DNA of 32,000 nucleotides from Candidatus Babelota bacterium (GCA_039809905.1 JBDHVY010000001.1:90001-122000); one strand, 5' to 3'. Numbered from the stretch's first letter, positions 1 to 9,388 are shown. The notes: a model not told the origin generated them from the letters alone. Translations and numbers: made by a program.

Positions 1-1891
1 CTTTAAGCATAGCTCTGATTGGATCTGATTCAGTCAGAAGCAAATCCTTCTTACTTACCATTTCTTGTATTAATCGCGATATAAGTGCCATTGTACCAAG
101 ATCTTTACAGGCAAGCTGTTTAAATATTCTTATACAATGTTCAGTTTTCTGACAGGTAAGAGATATTTTATGAGATCTTTTGTATCTATCAAAAAATAAA
201 AGATCTTGAGAGTCATGCGAAAATCCAACACCCATAACATCACTATATGCTGTATCAATAGATGTTATTTGTTCTTGACTGCAAAGATCTGTAATAAAAG
301 TTCTCATATAGAGTTTTCCCAGATTCTTAATCAATCTATTGATCATCATAAATCTACCATTGGGACTATATATGCGCGAACATTCACCATCAGACTGAGA
401 TGATAAATAATGTTCAACAGCACCCACAATTTTATCCCATATCCCTTCTGTTTTTTCTTGTTCACAAGGTTTTGGTAATTTAAAAGGAGCATCACTCACA
501 CACCATGTTAAAAAGCGTCTACCTTTTATGTGGTCACCAGCTCGCATTAAACATATATTGTGCTTATGTGACTCATGAAAGTTAGGATTGCAAAATTTTA
601 ACCAATAATATTGTACAGCTCCTGTTTCGTTATATATGATTTGCGCGCTTACCTCATTGGAAACAGCAAAAGCAACCATCAAACCATGTTTGCCCGTATG
701 CCACTCGAAATCACTTGAAAAAAATGTACTATTATTACAAGGCAAAAGATGATCTGCTTGTCCCCATTCTTTAAATTGATACCAATTGATCTGCTCCCAA
801 AGATTATTTGAATTCAATTCATATACACATGAAGTATAACCTTCATAGGTAAGAATATATAAGACTCCTTCTTCACTAAAACACGCATGTACCATTTCTC
901 CGGGAACAGTAAGCGATCGCGGATTTATGGTAAAAATTCCCGCATCATCCCTTCTTATATTAGAAACAATTAGATCCTTATCCGAGTAGGTAACAAAGTA
1001 TTGAAGATTTTGATCTCTTTGTATAGAACAATATCCTTTAATTTTATCTTTATGCTGAATAAACTGACAAGCTACACTTTTTCCAGTACTATGATCAATA
1101 ACATCCAGATAACAAAAGTTATCCAACAGATCTTGCGTCATATCTTGTGATTTTAATTTTTCACCGTCAGTCATTCTTGTTTCATATTGATGAGAAAAAA
1201 AAGCATTTCCATATGTTTTATAAAATGCTTTTTCAATCGGCAGTGGAATTTGAGACAAAGGAAGATTATGGCTCGATGAACCCATAAAATACGTAGCCCT
1301 CCAATTTAATGAAGAATCAAGATCTCCTGAAAAACATTTTTTTGTGTTTAATCCTAAAAAAATGTCTGTCTTTATACACTTGCCCAGACAAAAATTAACT
1401 ATATGATTTTCTTCTTTCTTTGTCTCGTCCACCATTAATGATTTTATTTTTTCGACAATATCGGTAGGCAAACTTACCTGCAGTAAGCGCTTCATAAGAT
1501 CTGAAGAATACAAGCGTCTTTTTGTACCAGAAATATACCAACTTGCTGACTCAGAAAGAAGAGAACGATCTCTTTGATCAAGTTTTTCAAAATAATTTTT
1601 AAATGTATCCGGACGAGCATCAAGAGCACCATTAACCACTTTTATGTGTTCAATAGAAATTCCTTGGGGCAAAATAATAGATTCTGGTCGCTTTTTACCT
1701 GCTTTAGAAGCTGTATATATTTGTTGCATAGCAGATACCATAGCTACGGGGATAAACGGAATATTTTTTTTTGGTATTTCAACAATCCCATCACCTGCCT
1801 TGAATTTAACGACAGTATATTTATCCATAGATATACTTGGTATAGAAATGATACACAATATTAAATTCATTACACCAAACAATTTATTCAC
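1..1891 (-). CDS. Partial (3' end beyond the left edge) probable exported WD40/beta-propeller-like protein; GTG start at 1891, alternative ATG at 1870
   Basis: Manual reverse-strand reading: AGAGGAG RBS, then GTG AAT AAA TTG TTT GGT GTA ATG AAT TTA ATA (VNKLFGVMNLILCIISIPSIS...). The segments I translated towards position 1 contained no stop, and include a propeller-like ...MGVGFSHDSQDLLFF... segment. Absent from the ORF track, probably because it is open at the edge. Confidence 0.7.
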   Translation of the reverse strand, partial: MNKLFGVMNLILCIISIPSISMDKYTVVKFKAGDGIVEIPKKNIPFIPVAMVSAMQQIYTASKAGKKRPESIILPQGISIEHIKVVNGALDARPDTFKNYFEKLDQRDRSLLSESASWYISGTKRRLYSSDLMKRLLQVSLPTDIVEKIKSLMVDETKKEENHIVNFCLGKCIKTDIFLGLNTKKCFSGDLDSSLNWRATYFMGSSSHNLPLSQIPLPIEKAFYKTYGNAFFSHQYETRMTDGEKLKSQDMTQDLLDNFCYLDVIDHSTGKSVACQFIQHKDKIKGYCSIQRDQNLQYFVTYSDKDLIVSNIRRDDAGIFTINPRSLTVPGEMVHACFSEEGVLYILTYEGYTSCVYELNSNNLWEQINWYQFKEWGQADHLLPCNNSTFFSSDFEWHTGKHGLMVAFAVSNEVSAQIIYNETGAVQYYWLKFCNPNFHESHKHNICLMRAGDHIKGRRFLTWCVSDAPFKLPKPCEQEKTEGIWDKIVGAVEHYLSSQSDGECSRIYSPNGRFMMINRLIKNLGKLYMRTFITDLCSQEQITSIDTAYSDVMGVGFSHDSQDLLFFDRYKRSHKISLTCQKTEHCIRIFKQLACKDLGTMALISRLIQEMVSKKDLLLTESDPIRAMLK

Positions 1892-1983
1892 CCATACTCC
1901 TCTTTTTGCTCATGATGAAAAGGTCTATCTATTCCTCTGCTGATAATCGATCACATCATAACAAAAAAAATAGTACTTACAAA

Positions 1984-2015
1984 AAAAGGAACTCTTTTCA
2001 GAATTCCTCTATTTT
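1984..2015 (-). terminator. Probable rho-independent (possibly bidirectional) terminator downstream of the 2037-4025 gene
   Basis: AAAAAAAGGAACTCTTTTCAGAATTCCTCTATTTTT: AGGAA-c-TC ttttca GA-a-TTCCT stem with A/T tracts on both sides. Confidence 0.5.
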
Positions 2016-2036
2016 TAGAATTTTCTAAGCTTTGTT

Positions 2037-4025
2037 TTATTCAAGACCCATTTCTTTAACTACCATCTCTAAAGCTTGACGATCTAATGTTCCTGGTTTA
2101 GCTACAGTTCTTAGAAGATTAATTGTTTCATTATAACCTGTGGATTTTCCACTCTGTAAAAAACTACGAATTTTTAGTTTAGACTTCTCTAATTCGCCTG
2201 GATCAAATGTAATAATCAAAGGAATATATTTTAATATTTTTTGTACTTCAATCGGTAAACCATCATATATGCGCTTATCAAAACTTGAGAGCGCAATTTC
2301 TTTTTCATCTAACAATAATTCGCTCAAGCGAGAAATTAATTGTGCTTGCGCAGCAGTCAGTTTACGAGATAACTCATTAAATAATTTTATTTCTTCAGGC
2401 TTAAAAAGGTTCCATGCTATAAACTCACCTTTAAATCCTGCAACAATTTTTGTATCATCGGGACTAAATACAACGGGTATACCACGAACAGAAGTTCCAT
2501 GGATCAATTGACATCTTTCAGGATCATTTATATCGCATAAAAATATTTGATTAGCCTTTCCTTTTGCACATCGGATGATAAATTTTTTATTATCATGACT
2601 AAATGCTAACGATTGACAATAGTACCCTTCTGGCAAACTTTTGAAAGTTTGCTTAGTCATATTGATATCATCAAGATGCCATAAAAGAATATCGTTCTTA
2701 ATTGCTACCATAAGCTTTTTACCATCAGGGCTCAATGCTATTGTATCAATCTCATCAGGCATATAACCATGTTCAAGGACCTTCGGAATAGGGTTGATGG
2801 TAACATCATCATCAAACGTCCATATCAAAATACTTTTTTCGCCATAACCATGTGAAACCATTGTTTTACCATCAGAACTAAAAACAAGACTTCTAATACC
2901 TTCTGAATAGCCTTTAAGAATTTGTGGAATTAAATTTATAGTTCCATCCTCATTGAACTTCCACAAAAGAAGTATCTCCTCTTCTGTTCCATCCAATCCA
3001 CCCGAAACCATTATTTTACCTTTTGGATGAAAAGCTACGGTACTAACACCTTCAGGATGTCCTTTAAGAACTCGAGGCGTTTCATTTATAGTACCATCAA
3101 CGAAAGTCCATAAAAGGAGATTATTTAAATTTTCATCAGTTGACAGACTAGCAGAAACTATTTTTTTACCATCTGGACTAAAAGCTACCGAATTAATTTC
3201 AGCAGGCAATTTTATATTTTTTGGAAACAGTTGAGGAGTTTGATCTATGCTGCCATCATTCTTAACAGACCATAAAAGAAGATTCTGAGTTGTATCAGAA
3301 ACTATTTTTCCACCTGAAACCATTTTTTTACCATCAGGTCTAAATGCTATTGAATAAATATTATGATCACCAAGAGTAAATTCAGGATATTCACCAGAAT
3401 AATTATCGGATAAAAGCACAGTCTGTCTATCAACATCATTAATATATTTTTTTATAACTACATCTTTAAGAACATTAATTGCAGGATTAATAAAAGCTAC
3501 TTGCGCTATATCTCTAGAAAGGAACTCAATTGTTTTTTGATCTTCATCATTTCTTATCTGATAATTGATAATAACATTATTAACCAATTCTTTAACATCA
3601 TTAGGAAAATCATATTGATTAAAAAAATTCATCAGATAAACAAGATCTCTCAGTGAGTACTCTTTTAATCTTTTTTGCTGCAAAGAACTAGAAATAGTTA
3701 ATATATCAAAAGCCTTTTGGATAACTTCTCGTGGAAAATCTAACGGAATAGATATTTTAGACTTAATTATCGCTTTTTCACCACCCAAATCATACATCAT
3801 ACTGGCTATGATCTTAGATTTTTTAGCGATATTTAAAGGAACAATTATTTTCTGACCAGCTCCTTCTGTACCATGAAACATAATAATGTTTTTAGAGGGA
3901 AACGATACAGGAAGACGAGATACGCGCTGCATTGCAACCAGTTCAGATACATTAGTAAATATAAACAAGCTCAAAATTAGTCGTAAACAACCCTTTAGTA
4001 ATACTCCATTTCTTATCTTTATCAT
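2037..4025 (-). CDS. Exported WD40-repeat protein with divergent Skp1/BTB-like N-terminal region
   Basis: 662 aa ORF; hydrophobic N-terminus (LKGCLRLILSLFIFTNVSELVA); repeated xxVAFSPDGKKxVSGG...LLLWxFxxDGTIN motifs; N-terminal segment NIAKKSKIIASMMYDLGG...ISIPLDFPREVIQKAFDIL resembles Skp1/BTB. Confidence 0.8.
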   Translation of the reverse strand: MIKIRNGVLLKGCLRLILSLFIFTNVSELVAMQRVSRLPVSFPSKNIIMFHGTEGAGQKIIVPLNIAKKSKIIASMMYDLGGEKAIIKSKISIPLDFPREVIQKAFDILTISSSLQQKRLKEYSLRDLVYLMNFFNQYDFPNDVKELVNNVIINYQIRNDEDQKTIEFLSRDIAQVAFINPAINVLKDVVIKKYINDVDRQTVLLSDNYSGEYPEFTLGDHNIYSIAFRPDGKKMVSGGKIVSDTTQNLLLWSVKNDGSIDQTPQLFPKNIKLPAEINSVAFSPDGKKIVSASLSTDENLNNLLLWTFVDGTINETPRVLKGHPEGVSTVAFHPKGKIMVSGGLDGTEEEILLLWKFNEDGTINLIPQILKGYSEGIRSLVFSSDGKTMVSHGYGEKSILIWTFDDDVTINPIPKVLEHGYMPDEIDTIALSPDGKKLMVAIKNDILLWHLDDINMTKQTFKSLPEGYYCQSLAFSHDNKKFIIRCAKGKANQIFLCDINDPERCQLIHGTSVRGIPVVFSPDDTKIVAGFKGEFIAWNLFKPEEIKLFNELSRKLTAAQAQLISRLSELLLDEKEIALSSFDKRIYDGLPIEVQKILKYIPLIITFDPGELEKSKLKIRSFLQSGKSTGYNETINLLRTVAKPGTLDRQALEMVVKEMGLE

Positions 4026-4231
4026 TTTTGCACCCTTTGTATTTTTATGCCTATAGGCAATATATATACAATTTTACAAAATATCCAAAAAGAAAATCAA
4101 TGGAATTTACACCACAAAATCTTATTATAGTATTAAATAACTTGATAGACTTGTTTTTGCCGGACCAAATAAAAATTTAGATACAAATATGCTCATCGCT
4201 TAAATAATGATACGTTTTTAGTCTAAAGAAT

Positions 4232-5908
4232 CTATTGAGCATTCGTTGTAAAAGTGGATTGTGTAGAAATAGAAAATTTATTATAGATCTTTTTTATAAA
4301 ATCAGAAAAAAGACTCGTCCAAGTATATGCCGGCTTACTTTCTTCTTGCTTACGTTGCGCTACTTCCTCTGATTTTTCAATGGGGAGAATATTAATTTTT
4401 TTCAATGCTGCTACTATCTTTGATTTTGCAACATGATTTTTATCAAATATAGTATGCACCGCAGCAGGTAACCCTTGGTATATCTGCTTATCATGATCAG
4501 ACAATACAATATCTTTATCGTTCACCAAATCATCATTCAATCTCGAAATTAATGTAGCTTGTGACGGCGTTAAAATCTGAGATAATGCATCATAGCTTGT
4601 TAATTGCCGATCAGATATATCAAATACCCTCAACGAATCTCCCACTGCTGCAATAATTTGTCTATTATCTGGACTAAATAAACCTATATTGCTCCTGTTT
4701 TTGAAATAAAAACGTACACGTCCACTCGAACCTTCAAATACTTCACGATAATACGGAAATGTATACACTGTTTGAAATCGCTTAAAGTCACTTATCTCGC
4801 AGAACATTAAATAACCGTGCGATTCAGTCTTACCGTGTATAATCATTTTTTTATTATCATGACTAAATGCCAATGAATCGCACTGCTGCCATTCCGGAAA
4901 TGTTGCTCTACCTTGTTCTTTAATGTTATCGATATCATGAATATCCCACAAAACAACTTCTTTTTCTGTCGCTGTGGCAAGCTTCTTACCATCAGAAGTC
5001 AAAGCTGCTCTACAACCACGAAAATAAGAATGATGTTGAATCTCTTGGTTGGAATCTATAATTCCATCATCACTAACACTCCACAATAAGAAATTGTGAT
5101 CACCATTACTAGCCGTAGCCATTCTTCTCCCATCAGCACTAAACGCTATGGTATTAATTTCACCACATTCATCTTCTACAACCTGTGGTTGAGGATTTAT
5201 AGTATTATCAGCTTCGCATTTCCATACATACAATTTATTCTTTAGCCCACCCGCAACCATTATTTTACCATTTGGGCTAAACGCTACGGCGCTCATTGTT
5301 TTCAGAACAGTTTGTCTTGCATCGCCATCCATCAGAGATTTAGGCATTTTTTTTGCTTTAACAGTATGTATAGATACCGGATCTTCTATGGTACCATCTT
5401 CAAAACTAGTCAAAAGAATATCATTAAAATTTGAAACGGCTTTATTAGTATGACATACAGCTGCTATTTTTTTATCATAAGGGCTGACTGCTAGTGAAAT
5501 AATGGAAATGTCTTTATCTTGGAAAGTAGACGTAGAACCTTCACCAAGGCTACCATCTGCATTAACATTCTTCAAAAAAAAATATGCTCTAAGATTATCA
5601 TCCTCACCGCGAGAGCCTCCAACAATGAGTGTTTTACCATCAGAACTCAAAGCCATTGCCTTAATTTTTTGCCCATCATGTGGAGCTGCAACAGTCTGCT
5701 TTAGTTGGATCGGGGTTCGCGTAACAATATCTTTAAGCGCGCGTATTGCTCGACTATTTAATTTGCTATTATTATAAGTAAAAGTTTTTTTACCTGCCGT
5801 ATATACTTGAATAGGAAGTTGACGAACAAGCTCCGTAGCTACCACCTCAGAAAAACCAATTAATAAGAAAAAAGCTAAAAAAAATTGTAATAACCCTTTT
5901 GATATCAT
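4232..5908 (-). CDS. Exported WD40-repeat protein, tandem paralogue of 2037-4025 but lacking a clear Skp1/BTB-like region
   Basis: 558 aa ORF; signal peptide-like MISKGLLQFFLAFFLLIGFSEVVA; repeats such as MSAVAFSPNGKIMVAGGLKNKLYVWKCEADNTINPQP; C-terminal LTPSQATLISRLNDDLVNDKDIVLSDHDKQIYQGLPAAV closely matches the neighbour. Confidence 0.8.
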   Translation of the reverse strand: MISKGLLQFFLAFFLLIGFSEVVATELVRQLPIQVYTAGKKTFTYNNSKLNSRAIRALKDIVTRTPIQLKQTVAAPHDGQKIKAMALSSDGKTLIVGGSRGEDDNLRAYFFLKNVNADGSLGEGSTSTFQDKDISIISLAVSPYDKKIAAVCHTNKAVSNFNDILLTSFEDGTIEDPVSIHTVKAKKMPKSLMDGDARQTVLKTMSAVAFSPNGKIMVAGGLKNKLYVWKCEADNTINPQPQVVEDECGEINTIAFSADGRRMATASNGDHNFLLWSVSDDGIIDSNQEIQHHSYFRGCRAALTSDGKKLATATEKEVVLWDIHDIDNIKEQGRATFPEWQQCDSLAFSHDNKKMIIHGKTESHGYLMFCEISDFKRFQTVYTFPYYREVFEGSSGRVRFYFKNRSNIGLFSPDNRQIIAAVGDSLRVFDISDRQLTSYDALSQILTPSQATLISRLNDDLVNDKDIVLSDHDKQIYQGLPAAVHTIFDKNHVAKSKIVAALKKINILPIEKSEEVAQRKQEESKPAYTWTSLFSDFIKKIYNKFSISTQSTFTTNAQ

Positions 5909-6015
5909 ATTTTAGCCTTATTATGAGCGGCAATTTTGTACTTTATGCTTTATTATCAATACATATATAATAATACATAATATTCAAAAAGAAAATCAAT
6001 GGCTATTTTTCGAAT

Positions 6016-6050
6016 AAAAAAGGAACCCTTTTCAGGATTCCTATTTTTTA
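6016..6050 (-). terminator. Probable rho-independent (possibly bidirectional) terminator downstream of rplU
   Basis: AAAAAAGGAACCCTTTTCAGGATTCCTATTTTTT: AGGAA-c-CC ttttca GG-a-TTCCT, same geometry as the hairpin at 1987-2008. Confidence 0.6.
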
Positions 6051-6070
6051 TTATCAACACCAATCAAAAA

Positions 6071-6400
6071 CTATGCTATGGTTTCAATTCTCACAACAGT
6101 TTTTGGTTGACGATGACCGTTTTTCACGCGCACTTTATTACGTCTTTTGAATTTAAAGACAATAACTTTAGGATCTTTCATTTGTTTGATGATAGTAGCA
6201 GTAATTTTGCCATCTACAAATGGTTGACCAATTTCAAACTTGCCTTCATCTAATTTACGGAACAAGATTGAACCTAATTCAATTTTATCTCCCGCTTCAC
6301 CTTCAATTTTTTCAAGAGCAATTGTTTGACCTTCGATAGCCTGGTATTGCTTACCACCATTTGCAAATATCGCGTATTTGCTGAATTTTTCTTGTACCAT
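6071..6400 (-). CDS. rplU: 50S ribosomal protein L21 (track ORF extends to 6418; likely start ATG at 6400)
   Basis: YAIFANGGKQYQAIEGQTIALEKIEGEAGDKIELGSILF...KVIVFKFKRRNKVRVKNGHRQPKTVVRIETI matches the L21 family; GGAAG RBS precedes MVQEKFSKYAIF. Confidence 0.95.
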   Translation of the reverse strand: MVQEKFSKYAIFANGGKQYQAIEGQTIALEKIEGEAGDKIELGSILFRKLDEGKFEIGQPFVDGKITATIIKQMKDPKVIVFKFKRRNKVRVKNGHRQPKTVVRIETIA

Positions 6401-6445
6401 GTGATTCTTCCTACACACATTAACTTTATTTAACCACGCCCATGA

Positions 6446-6521
6446 CGGAATTCTCTCCGGATGGATGCACAGCCTAACCCCATCCTTCGCTACTCTTAGT
6501 ATGGGAACCCCAACTAAGATT
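6446..6521. promoter_or_regulatory. Possible structured leader / small RNA upstream of rplU: series of short inverted repeats
   Basis: CGGAattctcTCCG (about 6446-6459), GGATGG...CCATCC (about 6459-6486) and TCTTAGT-a-TGGGaaccCCCA-ACTAAGA (6495-6521), in an intergenic stretch visibly more GC-rich than its surroundings. Confidence 0.35.
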
Positions 6522-6618
6522 CAAAAAAATCGGTAATTAAGATTAAGACTGAGCCATTTTATTACTCAACAATATACCAAAAAAATGCCTTACCGTCCAG
6601 CCAAAATATCCTATTATT

Positions 6619-9288
6619 CTACAAATCTTTACATTCCCACAACAAATCGAAAGCCTTTTTGGGAGACAATGAATCGAAATCAACCTGCTGCAGCATCGAT
6701 ACCATGCGCTGGGCTTTATCACTTTTTTGTATCAACTGCTCATTTTCAGCCTGCAAACGCATACATTCTTGCAACAACGTCTGGCGATCGTTATTTTCAC
6801 TAATTGCAGGAACAATTTTATTATAACCCCAATCTAAGAGATTGTTCTGTGTTATTTGTCGGGTCAGCATAGCTGTTCCTCTATCACTGCCTTGAGCAAA
6901 TTCTTCCACCAGTACGCATGATCGCTGGATTACTGACATTGGCAACTGCGCTAATTTTGCTACTTCTATACCAAAGCTACCATCAGCTACTCCACGCACC
7001 ATGGTATATAAAAATACAATCCCTGACGGTGTTTTTTTGCTTGCAGCAGAATAGGCAACAATGCCCGGATGTGTGGATTGCAAGTAGGTTAATTCATGAT
7101 AATGCGTTGCAAAAAGGCATCGCGCTTGTATTGTGCTAAAAATATACTCTACCACCGCTTGCGCAATGGCTAACCCATCAAAAGTACTTGTTCCTCGGCC
7201 AACTTCATCTAAGATTACGAGACTTTTTTCCGTGGCATGAGTACATATCATTGCTGTTTCTTCCATTTCAACCAAAAAAGTACTTTTGCCTTCTGATACA
7301 TTATCGCTTGCACCAAGCCGCGTAAAAACGCGATCTAAAAGAGCAATGCTCGCACTTTGAGCAGGCACAAATGAACCAATATGAGTCATTACTGATATCA
7401 ATGCAACTTGGCGCAAATAGGTAGATTTACCTCCCATATTAGGACCGGTAATAATCCATAGAGATTGTTCATCAGTCAAATTAGTATCATTAGGAATAAA
7501 GGTATTTGAAAGAGCTTGTTCAACAACAGGATGACGCCCCTTGAAAATCACGATATCGCGATTTTCATTTAAAGTGGGACGCACATAGCCTTGCTCATAT
7601 GCTAAAATACTCAGCGATAATAGCGCATCAATATGCGCAACTGCATACGCAGATTTACGCAAAGCAGCAATATGCTGCGCAATCTGTTGTTTAACAGCAT
7701 CAAAAAGCTGTGCTTCATACTGAGTAATATCTTTACGAGCAGATTCAATACCATGTTGCAATTGCTGCAATTCTGGTGTTATAAAACGTTCACGCCCGAC
7801 CAATGTTTGTAATCGGCGATATCGTTCAGGTATTGATGATAAATGTGTATTGGTAACTTCAATATAATATCCTTGAATTGCATTATAACGAATTTTTAAT
7901 GATGAAATTCCTGTTGCTTTTTGCTCTGCAGATTCAAGCTCCATAATACGTTCATTGCTATTATTAACGAGCAACCTCATTTGATCGAGTTTATTATCAA
8001 AACCCTGCTTAATGATAAACTCACTTGAAGGTTCATCGTGCAAAGCACGCGTAAGCAGATCAGATAATGCATCAAAATCACCCAATCCATCTGCAATGAT
8101 ACGAATTAAAAGAATGTTGCTATACGCACATAAACTATTTTTAAGTTGCGGAATTATCATCAACATACGTGATAATGCACTATAATCATGCAACGATGCC
8201 CGCTGCAATGCAATTCGTCCTATTACCCTCTCAGCATCGCCTATTTTTGAAAGTAATTGCTCTAAAGTGTTAACTAAAATTATCTCAGAACAACATAATG
8301 CAATAACATCTTGGCGTTGCATGATAGCTTCTTTTTTGACCAATGGGCGCAAAATCCATTTTTTGATCATGCGAGAACCCATAGCAGTCTTTGCTTTATC
8401 AAGAACACTCAACAAACTATTTTTAGTGGTACCATCGTGTGCATTTTTCACTAATTCCAAATTGCGCTGCGTTGCTGCATCTAGCATAAGAAAATCATCA
8501 GATTTGTAAAAAGAAATATTGGTAAACAAATCAAGCGATGATCGTTGATGCTTTGCCATGTATGCATAAAAATAATACAAGGCTTGCCTCATCGATTCAT
8601 TATCAGCAAGCTGCGTATGAATCGGCAAAGAAAATTGTTTTTCTACCCACGATTTTTGCTCAATTGATTGTTCATGCTCTGCATGTACAACAGTCGTAAA
8701 ATATCCAAGTTTTTTAAAATAGGCTTGAAGTTCTTTTGTCTTGACGCCGTCAGGCAATAAAACTTCATCAGGAAAAAACCTGCTCAATTCTGATTCAAGT
8801 ATTTTTTCTGCACCAACAGGAATTGTCGTCATGAATATTTGAGCTGTGAGCAATTCACTAAATAATAACCCCCATGAATCACCCGCAGGATACAAAGAAA
8901 AAATATATGATGCAGAACGTTCATTAAGCAATTGCTCATCAGTTAATGTACCTGGAGTCAGAACTTTATTTACTCCACGCTTGACCAATGTTCCCGGTTT
9001 AGGATCTTCAAGTTGAGCGCACAACGCAACTTTAAAACCACCCTTAACTAACTTAGATAAATAATGATCAATTGCATGTAATGGCACACCGCACAATGGA
9101 ATCGGCTCACCTTTATTTTTTCCGCGTGCAGTTAGCGCAATGCCTAAAAAAGCTGCTGCTTGTTTTGCATCGTCAAAAAAAAGTTCGTAAAAATCACCAA
9201 CTTGAAAAAAAAGAAGCGTATCTTGGTAATCAATTTTGATATCAAGATACTGCTGCATTAATGGGGTGTGTTCTTGTGTTTTTATCAT
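6619..9288 (-). CDS. mutS: DNA mismatch repair protein MutS
   Basis: 889 aa; N-terminal PLMQQYLDIKIDYQDTLLFFQVGDFYELFFDDAKQAA, Walker A GPNMGGKSTYLRQ, LVILDEVGRGTSTFDG, ATHYHEL. Confidence 0.98.
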   Translation of the reverse strand: MIKTQEHTPLMQQYLDIKIDYQDTLLFFQVGDFYELFFDDAKQAAAFLGIALTARGKNKGEPIPLCGVPLHAIDHYLSKLVKGGFKVALCAQLEDPKPGTLVKRGVNKVLTPGTLTDEQLLNERSASYIFSLYPAGDSWGLLFSELLTAQIFMTTIPVGAEKILESELSRFFPDEVLLPDGVKTKELQAYFKKLGYFTTVVHAEHEQSIEQKSWVEKQFSLPIHTQLADNESMRQALYYFYAYMAKHQRSSLDLFTNISFYKSDDFLMLDAATQRNLELVKNAHDGTTKNSLLSVLDKAKTAMGSRMIKKWILRPLVKKEAIMQRQDVIALCCSEIILVNTLEQLLSKIGDAERVIGRIALQRASLHDYSALSRMLMIIPQLKNSLCAYSNILLIRIIADGLGDFDALSDLLTRALHDEPSSEFIIKQGFDNKLDQMRLLVNNSNERIMELESAEQKATGISSLKIRYNAIQGYYIEVTNTHLSSIPERYRRLQTLVGRERFITPELQQLQHGIESARKDITQYEAQLFDAVKQQIAQHIAALRKSAYAVAHIDALLSLSILAYEQGYVRPTLNENRDIVIFKGRHPVVEQALSNTFIPNDTNLTDEQSLWIITGPNMGGKSTYLRQVALISVMTHIGSFVPAQSASIALLDRVFTRLGASDNVSEGKSTFLVEMEETAMICTHATEKSLVILDEVGRGTSTFDGLAIAQAVVEYIFSTIQARCLFATHYHELTYLQSTHPGIVAYSAASKKTPSGIVFLYTMVRGVADGSFGIEVAKLAQLPMSVIQRSCVLVEEFAQGSDRGTAMLTRQITQNNLLDWGYNKIVPAISENNDRQTLLQECMRLQAENEQLIQKSDKAQRMVSMLQQVDFDSLSPKKAFDLLWECKDL

Positions 9289-9388
9289 ATAAAAAATTTC
9301 GACAAAAGAATGATGGTTGGAAAAATATGAAGCTATTTTGTCTTATTATCGGAATTCAGTATATTTTAATATAAAAAAATTTCATTAT

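Noticed and set aside
206-1943. Plus-strand ORFs of 65-99 aa
   Set aside because: Antisense to the edge-truncated reverse-strand gene; low-complexity, Tyr/Phe-rich translations.
2361-3400. Repeated DNA motifs resembling a CRISPR or tandem repeat
   Set aside because: They are diverged coding repeats of WD40 blades, with no constant repeat/spacer spacing.
6585-7139. Plus-strand ORFs over mutS, including a hydrophobic 73-aa one
   Set aside because: Antisense to mutS; hydrophobicity is explained by reverse-complement bias.
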